A stretch of 46,651 nucleotides of DNA from assembly GCA_051942205.1 (NCBI GenBank), contig JAVECO010000022.1:124001-170651 (forward strand), read 5' to 3'. A program made the position numbers and the translations under genes. This DNA is from Coniocarpon cinnabarinum. Lineage: Eukaryota. The notes under the pieces were generated by a model. It was not told the DNA's origin. It worked only from the letters and a program-made list of their open reading frames with translations, and did not search any database. Below, piece after piece: positions 23,363-34,482 of the stretch (positions are counted from its first letter, which is position 1; each line of letters opens with the position of its first letter).

Positions 23363-24599
23363 CTACTCCTCGTCGCAGTCCTCGCCCTCGGCTTCAGCAG
23401 GGGCAGAAGCGCTGGGAGCTGCAGCGCCAGAGACCTCGGCGGCGGGTGGGGACTGGTCGTCGGTGTCGTCGCAGTCGTCACCCTCATCGTCCGCAGCCGC
23501 AGACACGCTGGGAGCGGCGGCGTCAGACACTTGAGCGCCAGGAGCGGATTGGCTGCCCTTGTTTGGGCCGTAAGGGAAGCCTGGGAAGTGGCCGTGGCTG
23601 CCGTGGGGGTGACGGTGGCCACCGAAGCCGCCGTAGGGGCTTGGAGAAGCACCAGCACCGGCGGCTGGGACTGCAGGAGTAGGCACGCCGGCGTTGCCAG
23701 GTGGGAATGGCACGCTACCGCTGGGGGCGGAAGAGCCACCTTGGCTACCGGCAGCAGCGGGAGGTGCGTAGCCACCGCCCTGGTTACCGGGGGCAGCTGG
23801 AGGTGTGGCGCCACTGCCCTGGTTGCCAGGAACACTGGGAGCAGAGTAGCTGCTTGCTGAGGACGGGGCCGAGTCTGAGGGAGCAGAGGCCCCAGTGGCG
23901 GTGGTCTGGGCAGCGGTGGACTGAGCTGTCACAGAGGATGAGGAGTCGCTGGGTGACTCGCCGGTTGAGGCACCAGAACCACATTCAACTTTGGTGGCAG
24001 TGCCCTTGCCGGCGCCGGTGTTGCCCTTGAAGAAAGCAGCTTGAGCGCCAGAGTCGGAGCAGAGGTCGAAGTGGACCTGGAGAGAATTCTGTTAGCAGAT
24101 GAGGGAGATCGACAGCCCTCCGCAAAGTAACTTACGGTACCACCGTGCTGGTTCGTGCCACCGCTGGGGATGTCACACCACTCCTCGTTGCCTTGAGCCG
24201 GGCAAAGGTTGTTGATGAATACCTCGATAGTAGCAGGGGTAGTTGAGCTTCCGTCGGAGCCCTGGTCGATCGTGATTTGCCAGCACTCTCCGCAACCGGG
24301 ACCAGCACCTGCACCAGGGCCAACACCGAAGTCTTTGCTTTCGTTAGCTCTTGTTTCTTTAGGAGGCATGGCTCGATCGCGACGCTTGACGTACCGTTCT
24401 GGGAAATGGCGGCGGTGTAGTTGGAAGCTCCACTGTAGCTTGCACCGCAAGCAAGAGCCTGGCCGGAGGGAGGGTTCAAGCAGTTGGGAGAGCCATTGCC
24501 GTCACCAGCGCCGTAGTGGGTGAACGTAGCAGCAACGTTGCTCTGAGCGGCGGCCATGGCCACCATGGGTGCCAGAGCGACAACTGTGTTTGCAATCAT
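23363..24599 (-). CDS. Secreted GH45 (subfamily C-like, DPBB fold) endoglucanase-like protein with long low-complexity tail
   Basis: Signal peptide; ATFTHY, YTAAISQNDFG, GPGCGECW, NNLCPAQGNEEWC, TNQHG and VHFDLC. Introns 24333-24394 and 24077-24135 splice in frame into ORF 23363-23932. Confidence 0.85.
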
Positions 24600-25649
24600 C
24601 TTTGCGGGATGGTGATCGAATAGATGGATTGGAGGAAGTGGATTGTTCTGTCGAGAAAGCGTGTGTGAAAGAGACGGGGTCGGAAGTCTTGCTCCCTAAC
24701 GAAGTGCAGATGTTCTGGAACGAATGGACGACCTTGTAGGAAGGTCTTGCTCAGTCAATGAGCGGGATGCTGTATAGCTGGTGAAAGGATTGTAGAGCTG
24801 GATAGCACTTGTAGAAGAAAAGAAGAAAAGAAAAGAGAAAGGGAAGTAACTTGGCGTGCAAGGTTATATTATACGTAGGCCGTGACAGGAAGATTGCTGG
24901 TGGGGAGGAGGGCCTGCATGCGGAAACGCTTGCCAGTGCCGTTGACGTGGATATTCCGGACACAAAACCGAACGAGTCGAGATCTTACTTGACTCGAGTG
25001 GAGCATCTCCTCCTCTATACCTTGTTAAAATTACAGACCTGCCATTCGCAGCTGGAGCGCGGGCGCTTCGTTTTCGAGTGCTGACAGATGCGCACTGCAT
25101 CGTGTGCTGCTTGTGCGAGGGTAGAGTTGCCTTGCGGCGGCTCGACAAGGAACGGGCGATGTGTGTACCTTGAAGCGAAGCAGGAGAGGAGGTGTGAAAG
25201 GTGTCAATCCTCGCATTAAGCACATATTCTGTTGATAGGGTTAGCAAGACCCTCGGCCGGGGCAAATCTGAGACAGATGAACCTTCCAGATGCAGAATCG
25301 AGAGCCGGTGTCGAGACGCCTCATGCTCTTGCCAGTCCCCACTGGACTTCCCCACCACGGCGTTACGCCCCTACTAGCTCTGACTGCTCCTGAAACACGA
25401 CAGCGATGAGATTTGACAGCCGCACGGAGCCCCAAAGTCTAATTGATCCTCATTTGCGACCCGTTGACATCCTTCACTCGGGAAATCCTAACGCTTCTGC
25501 GGCACACTCACCACTTCCCGGTGATCATGGATGTTGGCATTCGTTGTTCGTGCTGTACATGGCGATCACAAGATGACGATCATGCGCTGAGGCGTTCATG
25601 TATCCCTGCGTGCCTCATGGAACGCTCATCGTTTCAGGCGATATCCTAG

Positions 25650-26103
25650 CGGCGTGACGGTGGTTCCGGGACTCACTGGTGCCATTACTTACTGCCGCTG
25701 GTGGCGTTACAGAGTCATGAGTCTAGCCCTTCATCTCGCTGACCTACGATTTTCTTCCGCAAGCGACAATCTCATAGCGAATATACTTAGGGTTAGAAAA
25801 CTGTATAAGCTTAGGGCTTAAAAGCCTTAATAGATGAGTGCGTCCGTAGCGCTAAAGCCCTAAAACAACTGGAAGGTCTGAAAGGTCTTACTCTGGCGAC
25901 AACTTCGGGGCTCGCGTAGATGATGCGGACGCACCTCCGTAGGTCATCGAACTGCCTCCTCCTCCCCCGCCCACCGTCCCCGGCGTGACGGTGGTTCCGG
26001 GGCTCACTTGTGCCACTACTCCGTACTGCCGCTGGTGGCGTCACGGAGTCATGAGCCCAGCCCTTCATCTTGTTGACCCATCTTTCTCCTCCGCAAGCGA
26101 CAA
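25650..26103. repeat. Imperfect ~120-bp direct repeat (25650-25769 and 25981-26103)
   Basis: Both copies run cggcgtgacggtggttccggg...gcccttcatct...ccgcaagcgacaa; most differences are transitions. Confidence 0.9.
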
Positions 26104-26743
26104 ACATCGTCGTCTCACGGGTCAACGGCGGCAGAAGCGTGGCATGCGGCTCCCGTGAGCTATCGAAAGCCCAGGCATTGCGAGGCGCTTGGATGATGCC
26201 ACGTGAACCCTCTGACAATTTTATTCGTAGCGCTTGCCCGGATTGCGCCACGCCTTGGCTTCCGAAGCTGCGAGATGCAATCTGATGTCCATACAAGTGC
26301 TGCATTGACTAAGATCCTGTGCTCGATTATTAGATCGCACGGCAGTTAGATCGAGGCTTCCATGAATGGCACTGAGTCGAGGATCATCGACGTACGCTGG
26401 AAAATTCACGGCTTCGGGATTTGGGTTCAAGATCGAGTCAATGGGTGGGGGAACGCGAAGGACACTAGAATCAGTCTTCACTTAATTCACACGCCTTTTC
26501 TCCTTAAGTCGGCCCATCCAGGCCGTCTGCTGATCTTTTTCACAGTTCTGTATCAAGTTGTTCGCTGACGTGCTCTGAATCTACAAGCGCACCGAAACCC
26601 GTTGTTCTGCCGGCTTGCGAGTGTCACGGTGCGCAAGATGTCGAGGGCTGTCTGATGCGTTTGCACATAGACAGACCATGAATCGGCGACTCCAAGGCAC
26701 TGGCGAGTCTTCCGTTGCATCTCTGCTCCACTCGTACCGGGGC

Positions 26744-27604
26744 TCACGCTTGTAGAGAGATAGCATCCACTGCATTCTCCAGCGCTTTCATCGGCACCTG
26801 GACGGGCGTGTGAATCGTGCTGGCGGCCTCACTAAGCCGTCGCGCTTCTTCATCCCACCCCCGCTCTAGGCCGTACGTAATTTTCTTGCCCGCAACTCTT
26901 GCCTCCCAGCGTAACTCTCGCATAAGCGGGCCGTCCAGCTTGACACTCTCCCACCCGTCAAATTCGATGCCCTCCAGGTTGGGTGCGAGGACACAGATCC
27001 TCTTCAGGATGCCTCCGCAGAAGTCAGTGTAGAAACGTTCATCGACCCGCCAGCCGTTGAAGATCGGATGGCTGGGATCGACCTCAACAAAGACTTTTAA
27101 TTGCCGAAGAGAGACGCAGTCTTCAAGGCCTGACTTGTCTCGATTGCGACCACCGCGGGCCTGTCCGTAGCCCAAGGTCCAGCATCTCGGTGGGTCTGCC
27201 CAATGTGGACCCAGCCGGAGGTCAAGCTTTGTGATCTCTGCACGATACCGTGGAGGCAGTCGCGTCAAGAGTATATCCTCGGTCTTAAAGAAGTCTCTGT
27301 GCACAGGGAACAAGCGGAATGTATTGCGCGAATAGAAGATCTTATACGCCTCTTCATGCATACGCTTCGATACTAGCAAAAGTTGAAGCGGCTTTCCAAT
27401 CATACGATGGTTGGTAGGCTCAAGATCGACCACGGATTCTTGAACGAGGAGGATGGAAAGAACGTATTGACGCAGCTCAAATGGCAGAGAAAAGAAGGCG
27501 AATGGACCTTTGGGCCTCCATCGTTTGAGCGCCCGGCGACGCTTGGTTGCCTCGATTTCTGCAGGGGAGGGAGGTGGCGGATGTACGAGCGGGTAGCGGG
27601 GCAT
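26744..27604 (-). CDS. Conserved fungal hypothetical protein with an N-terminal F-box-like motif
   Basis: Intronless 286 aa; FFSLPFELRQYVL (F-box-like) and LLLVSKRMHEEAYKIFYSRNTF, a pattern common in Pezizomycotina F-box-like proteins. Confidence 0.75.
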   Translation of the reverse strand: MPRYPLVHPPPPSPAEIEATKRRRALKRWRPKGPFAFFSLPFELRQYVLSILLVQESVVDLEPTNHRMIGKPLQLLLVSKRMHEEAYKIFYSRNTFRLFPVHRDFFKTEDILLTRLPPRYRAEITKLDLRLGPHWADPPRCWTLGYGQARGGRNRDKSGLEDCVSLRQLKVFVEVDPSHPIFNGWRVDERFYTDFCGGILKRICVLAPNLEGIEFDGWESVKLDGPLMRELRWEARVAGKKITYGLERGWDEEARRLSEAASTIHTPVQVPMKALENAVDAISLQA

Positions 27605-28326
27605 TTGCGGACAAGCAGCAGCCGTGGTAGGAGGAAGACGAGGTCAAGAGGTGGAATGTAGAGACTTGTAAGTCATTTCGAGCGCCATCGAGCGATGGCG
27701 CATTTAGAATTTCATTGTGGGCAGAGATTGTCAGACGGTAACGGGAGTCAAGACTCATGCGCCGGGGCGTTGCCTCGCTTCTTGATGCGTCGTGAGTGGG
27801 TGTCGATCTCCCCAGCTAATACAACATCTGCTTCCACTAGGTCCGATAGACAAGGAATGGATGTCAAATTTCTCCTGGGTGAACTTTCGATGGAGAGAAA
27901 AGTCGAGAGATTGAGAGGGCAGGTTGTGAGAAGACCGAGATACAGCCCACGTGACATTGACGAGCATATTTGATGTGGGCTCGATTTTGGGGGCAGTCAG
28001 GTGGTGTCTTGTGCCACAATACATTAGTCGCGTCCTACACTCGATTCAATTGTGCGTCATGTGGACATCGCAGGCATTTTCGTCGATTCAAGGCCATACG
28101 ATGGTTCCTGCACTCTATACATCCGTAAAATCACTCCTCGGAGGGAAACACTTATGACCTTAGGTGCAAGTGTTACGTACGCATTGAGTCGTGTAGTATT
28201 CAGAGCTATCGTATCATCTACTATTTATACAGGGTATCTCGTACTCATACAACACACACACGCCATGCAAATCGAACAAATCAACCTCTCTCTCGTAGCA
28301 TGATCTTTCCCACCTTTCCGCTCTCC

Positions 28327-31300
28327 TTACCACTCCCTCAGCCTAGTCCCCAATGCCTTCACCGCTTCAATCTCTTCCACTGCCTCCTCCTCTTCACTCT
28401 CACTCACCTCGTCACACCCTTCACCTGCCTCCCATTTTCCAGCAACTTCCTTTCCACAAGAACAATGGCAGCCTGGCACAGGACACCCCGGGACGCCATC
28501 CTCACCTCCATAGGCCTTCTCCCAACAGCTCATATGTGACACGTGGCCACAGCGATAACATACCGCCACGAGTCCCGGGGCCCGCGCATGGGAGACGCGC
28601 ATGCAACAGATGCTGCACGTGAATACTTGACCACAGCCCAAGCATTTGCCCTCGGGCGGAGCAGGGCTGCCACACACCACACAACCAAGTATCGAAAATG
28701 CCTTTTCAGTAATTTCGGGCGCGAAGACGTCCGGAAGGGCTACGGATACGCGCCAGCGAAGCTCGGCGGCTTTCATGTCCAACAACGCAGCGAGCAACTG
28801 CTCGTGCACGTAATGGAAGAGGCTGGTGAGTTTGGGCTCGGACACGCCGAGAGCGTCCATCAGCTTGAGTGTGTCGTGCTGCTGTTGGCGCTCGTAAGAT
28901 ATGACTGGATCGCCGCGACGTGGGAGACTTTCCTTGCCAAATTTTTGCAGGAGCATTAGAAGGTCCAGGAAGAAGTTTGCGGCAATAGCAGCCTCACCAG
29001 CGCTGATCAACGAGTCGAACAGATCACGAAGGCGTGGACTGCCTGCTTCGCCGAAGAGTGGGTGCGTGCTTTCGGGCTCAATCAGACGTGTCCAGTGCTC
29101 AACAGGCCGAGCCAGATCAGGCTGGCTAATATGAGGTGGGGGCTCGGCAAGATCTTGAATTGGCGGAGGAGAAGGTAATCTCTGCTGTAGTGCAATGTGG
29201 TCTTCTCCTGCAGGACTTGGCTCACTGACAGTCTTAAATTCCGGCGCAGAAGCAGACGTTTGGGCAGGATCGGGGCTTCTAGGCTGAGCAACACGTTGCC
29301 CAGCTTCTGGTGTCTCAGCGTGAATATACTCGCTCACCGACTGACCAGGATTTCTCACTATTCCAGACGCAAAGGAGCCATACGCTGATGGCATTCTTGC
29401 TGAAAAGGACGAATTCATCGACACAGCAGTGTCTTCGCTGGAGTCGGTCTGACTGCTGAGATTAGAAGCCTTCTCCATTGGAAGTGATGCTGGCGCAGCT
29501 GTCGCGAGTGGCTCCGACGTTGCTCGGTCGTCCTCAAGCGCGAATTGAAACGGCTCCCTGTCAAGTGATTGAGGCCAGACGGCATTTTCCTCCTTGTTGG
29601 AAGTTTGCTGGGTCTCATTAGTGGTGTCTGTGAACTGTTGCAGGGTCTTCAGCAATTGCCGACTTTCTCCCACATCAACATTGAGCTCTCCGAGTGCCAG
29701 ATCCAAGGTTGGGGTTGGCGGTCCGGTCATTGGCTTTGCCGGATTCGGAGTAGCTGCCTCCAGTGGAGGTTTCGTTGCAGATGTTACTGGGAGAGCTTTG
29801 GTAATTTGCATTTGATGCACCGGGCTTTGTGAGCGTCCGTCGAATCTGTCCTCTTCCTTGGCCACAACGTTGTCTAAAGATGGTTGTGATCCACTATGGC
29901 GGTCCTGTCCGTCGAAAGTCTTGTCTGGGACGGAGGAGGTCATTTGATAAGGATCCTGTGCTTCGCATGACTCTGACGAGATAAGATCGCAGAAGAAGTC
30001 GAACACCTGGGCCGTCTCGTAGTCGTCCATTCGGCATGCAGACTTCGAATAATGTGAAAGCAAATCTCGCAATTCTTTTCTAAACGCGCCAACCGTGGGC
30101 ACAACGCCAAATTTGATCGACTGCGAATTACGAACTCCGACTCTGAATCTCGCATCGAGGGCAGACTCTGGGAAAGTGCCAGTGTGGGCAGCCTGAACGG
30201 AATGGGAGGCTTTCGCACGCCTCATCGTTTCATCCAGCTCGGTCACTGGCTTTCCAAAGTCTTTGTAATTTGGCGGAGTCGATCTGAAAAGCGTGTCTGT
30301 CTTTGCGCTTGCGCGTCCGGGAATGCCGCGACCCGTTAAAGAAGAGCTGAGAAACTTCCCGCCTGAGCTGCTGTCGCTACCGTCTTGTCTCCTTTCTTCA
30401 GCTGATGATGAGAAAAGCTGGCGCGGCTGCACCTCGGGAACCGCTCGAGCTTCTTCGACCGTAGTATTTGATACATAAGTGGGAGGCCTCTTTCTCTTCT
30501 GCGAGAAGAAAATGAGATCGCCTTGTGGTGACAATGAAAAGACACTTGGTGGCCGGCGGTCCATCACTCGAGGCAAATAACGGATATCGCTCTGAGTGAA
30601 CTCGCCTTCAAGGCCTACACTCCAAAGTAGATCCTGCGAGCGCCACAACAGGTCCGTCGTTCCCTCGTTGAGAAAATGATGATATTCTTTGAAGGGGATG
30701 AAAGGGCGACGCAAGTCCCATACGTGGACTACAGCATTTGTCTTGTACGACGTCGCCAGGTGTGAGCACTGCTTGGTGAGTCTGTTGGATCCGGTCGTCA
30801 AGTAGCAAGGGGGCCGCCACCGAATGTTCTGGATTGGGAATGGTGTTCTCAAGGTCACCAATGGCTCTTGCTTGCGATCGCCAGTCATATCCCTAGGAGC
30901 TGCACGTCAACACAAAGCCTTCTCAGAATATTTTCTGAAGAAATAGCAAACCCACCACACCTTGATGTCCTTGCTGGCGCCGCCGCTGGCCAAGTGTCGT
31001 CCATCCGGATGCCAGTCGATCGAATTGCATAGTTTATTATGAGCAAAAAATTTAAGCACAGGCATTCGATTCTGTCGAACGTCCCATCGCTGAACGGCCC
31101 CATTGTCAGTCCCTAGCGCGAAGGTCACGCTCGATACAGGGGACCATTTCGTGTGGCGGACAGCGTCACTGCGTCCGTTGAATTTCATGACATGACGCAA
31201 GGAGCGAACATCCCACAATCGGACCGTGCCATCCTGGCTAGCGGAGAGCAGCAGCTGGCCCTCTACAGGGCTGAAATCGACCTTGTGAACCTGGCGACTG

Positions 31301-32097
31301 TGCTCGTATAGGCGACCAATCTGTACCCCTGGCCGCTCGAGATCATAGAGGTTGACCTTGCCACTAGCTGCCGCCGTCGCAATCTGGTGCGCCCACCGCC
31401 CGTTTGACCAAGCAACATCCTCAATGTCAAAGGTTTCATGCTGCAACGCAACGATGTCCGGAGCTTGCTGCGCTGCGGAGTGCGAGCTTCCCTCTCGCAA
31501 CTGCGTAATCGAGGAAGCGAGATGCCGAGGGACCGCGGAGGTGGCCTCGCGGACGTCAACATCGTCGATGCACTCGACACCGTCGACCTTGAGCGTTTTC
31601 AAAATCCTGCCACCGGCAAGGACGACGTGCGTCCGGCCCTCGTTGATGTCGAGCGCTCGCAGGCGAAGGCCGGTGCGGCAGCTGGTCGTTTGCGATGGCA
31701 CGTGTCTAGCATCGATTCGTCAGCGGTCTCAGAGAACCAACGCCCAGCTGAAGCCCACCGGCGAAGGTGCTTGATTCAGATGATAAAGCTGGCGGCGATG
31801 AGTGGACTGGCACGGGGGAGCTACGCCGGAGCACGACGGGTTCGCGCCGGGCGCAGAGGGACGAGGTGTAGGAGGAAGAGCTTACCCGAAGTTTGGCGTA
31901 TATAAGAGTTGACCCCGGATTTGCTGCGGAGTGAGTGGATGCGGCTTCGGTGGTTGCTTGCGGCCGCCGAAGATGCGGTCAAGAATGCTCAGGCGAGCCT
32001 TTGCGTGCTGAGTGGAGCCACGTCCGGCCGGCAGCGGTGGAGCCGGCGGGAGAGACGCATATCTGTCTGAGCGGCGCCGGGGAAGGTCGACGCTCAT
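28327..32097 (-). CDS. RTC1: Rtc1/Sea2 (WDR24; SEACAT/GATOR2 subunit), WD40 repeats plus C-terminal RING, multi-exon
   Basis: ALDINEGRTHVVLAGGRILK, EHSRQVHK, LLSASQDGTVRLWD, HVWDLRRPFIP and a C-terminal CSIC...CGHVSH..C...CPVPGCHCSC RING. The 5' exon boundaries and start are approximate. Confidence 0.88.
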
Positions 32098-33611
32098 CGC
32101 GGAGGCCCACGCCAAGCGGACGCGCGAGGGAGAGGCTCGTGGGCGGTGGCCGGGGACAGAGGCTACGAGGGAGTGGGAATCGGCCGACGGCGCGGAGAGT
32201 TTAGATGCATGTCACAGGATGCGTGACGGGAGGTGCGTTAGCCCGGCGAGTGGCGCGTTGCAGCTGGATGAAGGACGGTGCGAGGTCAGGGCGATTGCCG
32301 GAAGGAGACAGCGCCGGCCGGAAGAGGCAAGACGAGCAGAGCTAGAGCTCGGGGAAGGAGCGAATGGCTCGCGAAATCTGGGGAAGCGTGACTGCGGCGT
32401 GACGGGGCAGGGCGTGAGTTGCGCTGCCGGCGCGGGAGACAGGGAGGTGAGGTGAGGCAGTGGAGAGGGATCACACAGGCGCGTGGTGTCAGGCAGGTGT
32501 AGCTAGGTATGTAGTTAAGCGGTGGTTGATGCAATGGGGGTCACAGTCAAGGCGTGGGGGAACGTCGGGGGGATTGGGAGCCTGCCAGATGCAAGATGAT
32601 GATGTGCTGCGCCAGGGATGCGCAACAGCCTACTGGATCCAATGGAAGTGCCGTCGCGATCCCGGCGGGCATCTGGCGACGCAAGTGGGTGGTGGGCGCC
32701 GTTGACGCCTCGCCTCGCCTGCGTGTCTGCAAGATGGGCGATGGGCGATGGGCGATAGCAAAGGATCTTTGATCGTGGTGCGGTGTGTGGGCCAGCGGAG
32801 AATTCGAGGCAAACGCCCGTGCCTCTGCACCCCAGCACGCCAGCTGACAGACAAGGCGCCATCGGAGGCGCACAAGCGAGCAGGCCACTGGGACACGCAG
32901 CCGTCGAGACTGTGGCTGGGGAGGTCTTACATTGGTGTGTGGGCGTGGGGCTGGTGAGGGAAAAAGAGAGAGACAGAGAGAGACGTGCGGTGGATGGATA
33001 CAACGATACGACCTTACCTTGTCCGGATACGAAGCGGACGGCCCGACTGCACTCAACTGGACTGGACGCCCTGGAGAGAGAGACGCGGTCGGGAGAGACA
33101 TGACACCGCCGGCGCCGGGACATGGATGAGACATCTGCCCTAAGGCTGTGTCACCGGAGGCGGGCACGCGCACTCGTACTCGTACTTGTGGGCGTGCTGC
33201 CCCTCGCTGCTCGTGTGGGATGCACACACCGGGGCGTCAGTCAGGTGAGTGGGGGGTTGGGAAAACACTCGTCATCCAGCGCAATGGCCTTCTTGATCGA
33301 TCAACCAGTACCAGGAAATGGGAACATCTCAGCAAATCTGGGTACGCCGACACCTGCCCTCTGCCCTCTGCCCAGACCCTTTCGCGTGCAGCACAGACTG
33401 CTCGTGTGAGCACTGGGAATGGGCAGAAGTCTCAAAAGCTTAGCTTACGACTCCGTACGACTGCCTCAGGGTCGCGGGGTGTCCGGGGGCGAGCGGCTGG
33501 GGTGCCACGATCGCCCACCGCCGAGCATCTGCATCTACATCTACATCCAGAGTCAGCAGAGTCCAGTCACCCATTGAGTGATCCGGGTGTGCAGTGACGT
33601 GCCCCTGCCCG

Positions 33612-33637
33612 GCGTGCGTGCGTGCGTGCGTGCGTGC
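33612..33637. repeat. (GCGT)n microsatellite
   Basis: About 6 tandem GCGT units read directly. Confidence 0.9.
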
Positions 33638-33763
33638 ATCAGTCCACCTGCAGTCGCCCTGCAGCGCATCTGCAGGCTGGCGCCACCACCGGCTGCCAGA
33701 GAAGCGCTTGCGACGCTTGCGACACTTGCCAGAGCGTGCAGACGCCTCGGCAGCCACCAAGGG

Positions 33764-33790
33764 CAAGTCCATCAAGTCCATCAAGTCCAT
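33764..33790. repeat. (CAAGTCCAT)x3 tandem repeat
   Basis: Three exact 9-bp units. Confidence 0.9.
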
Positions 33791-34482
33791 GTGCGCGCGG
33801 CTGCACCCTCGCCGGCCCTAAGGCACCTAAGGCAGCCCCCAGTGCTAGCCGGGCCCGGTCCTTGCATGTTCGCCTGCAGCCTGCAGAATACCTCAGGTAA
33901 GGTATGCATCTCGGACGTCGTCGACATGCAGACTTTTTAACTCCAGTCTCACGCAGTGTGCTCTAACCAAGCTCCCCCATCTCATCCACCTCCCTCCCGC
34001 TGACCAAGACACCCGCTCGCTGCTCTCGCTGCTTGCGCTGCTTCCTCTTATGTCCACCGCGCTTTGCTCCTCTTCGCACTGCCCCGCGTGACCTCGCTGC
34101 TCTTACGTGATTCAATTGCCCTCGCCCACCCCCCGCCGCCACCACCGCACCGCGTGGATCTCTCCATCGCCACGATCGGCCTCTCTTCAGCTGGCTAGGG
34201 ATTTTCCACTCGACCTTCTTTGCACCCACTGGGCCACGCTTGCCACCCGGGACTAGTCCCAGTTCATGGCGATTCACGCCAAGATTAAAGTTTCGTCTGG
34301 TGCGCGTGCCTGCTCGTCTTTCTCGTGGGCGTTCTGCTTCCGATCTTCATCATCACCGCTTCCATTCTCCTTCCTCCTCCTCCACGTTCTTTTGCACCAC
34401 ACCCTGACCCCACCCTCACAACCACCCGCGCGCATGCGCCCGTCTGCCTCCCTCACGTCCGACTAGAGGCAATGTGGTGACA

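Noticed and set aside
25787..25865. TTAGGG/CCCTAA-like hexamers
   Set aside because: Isolated, non-tandem copies in TpA-rich sequence; not a telomeric tract.
32515..33227. Overlapping 200-226 aa ORFs on the minus strand
   Set aside because: GC-rich low-complexity sequence with no domain motifs; expected spurious ORFs.
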